A stretch of DNA of 64,000 bases. Origin: Adineta vaga (lineage: Eukaryota; Animalia; Rotifera). Shown here in pieces: positions 63,901 through 64,000 of the stretch. The notes under the pieces are model-generated. The model was not told the DNA's origin. It did no database searches and worked only from the letters and a program-made list of their open reading frames with translations. The stretch is from the NCBI GenBank assembly GCA_021613535.1, contig CP075497.1, forward strand, positions 3,968,001-4,032,000, read 5' to 3'. Each line of letters begins with the position of its first letter. The stretch's first letter is position 1. Made by a program: the position numbers and the translations under genes.

Positions 63901-64000
63901 TGGCTTGCTAATGTAGACAAAAACAAAATGTGTGCTCAAAAGTTACACAGAATTTCATTTGGCATTTTATGTTTGGTTATAATCGCTAGAGCGTCTGTTC

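Noticed and set aside
1-64000. Prokaryotic systems (CRISPR, defence islands), rRNA/tRNA, transposases or RT domains
   Set aside because: The sequence is spliceosomal-intron-rich eukaryotic DNA. No repeat-spacer array, structured RNA gene or mobile-element protein motif was recognised by eye; a covariance-model or repeat-library search could still find small elements.

Overview
AT-rich, gene-dense eukaryotic (metazoan) DNA with many short GT-AG introns of about 50-65 bp. The ORF track therefore fragments most genes, and I rebuilt exon chains by eye. Composition, intron size and gene content suggest a bdelloid-rotifer-like genome (inference). About 25 protein-coding genes can be traced. Before the array: CELF/Bruno (3' part), a small membrane protein, a TBC1D15/17 RabGAP with two duplicated alternative last exons, Rab21, a single-pass membrane adaptor, a divergent Rab11-like GTPase, an actobindin/WH2-repeat miniprotein and CCDC25. 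The most striking element is a ~19 kb head-to-tail array of seven highly divergent paralogues (16948-35758). They share the layout RING - Cys/His B-box-like finger - coiled coil - variable low-complexity linker - predicted beta-propeller ending G-x-[IV]-x-C-[YF]. The N-terminus resembles NHL-1/Thin-type TRIM-NHL proteins, but the propeller lacks canonical NHL repeats. One member has no RING and two have altered zinc ligands. Several spacers are only 64-163 bp and read polyA signal, splice acceptor, ATG, which suggests a trans-spliced polycistronic unit. After the array: IFT43, a Maf-type bZIP, OXLD1, SLC25A42, two intronless EamA/SLC35G-like transporters, kindlin, NTF2, an orphan, an NWD/QUI-1-like DUF4062-NACHT-WD40 gene apparently hosting a same-strand GPCR in its last intron, a TRIM37-type RING protein and an orphan membrane protein. 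No rRNA, tRNA, CRISPR or recognisable transposon was seen. All exon boundaries are manual predictions.
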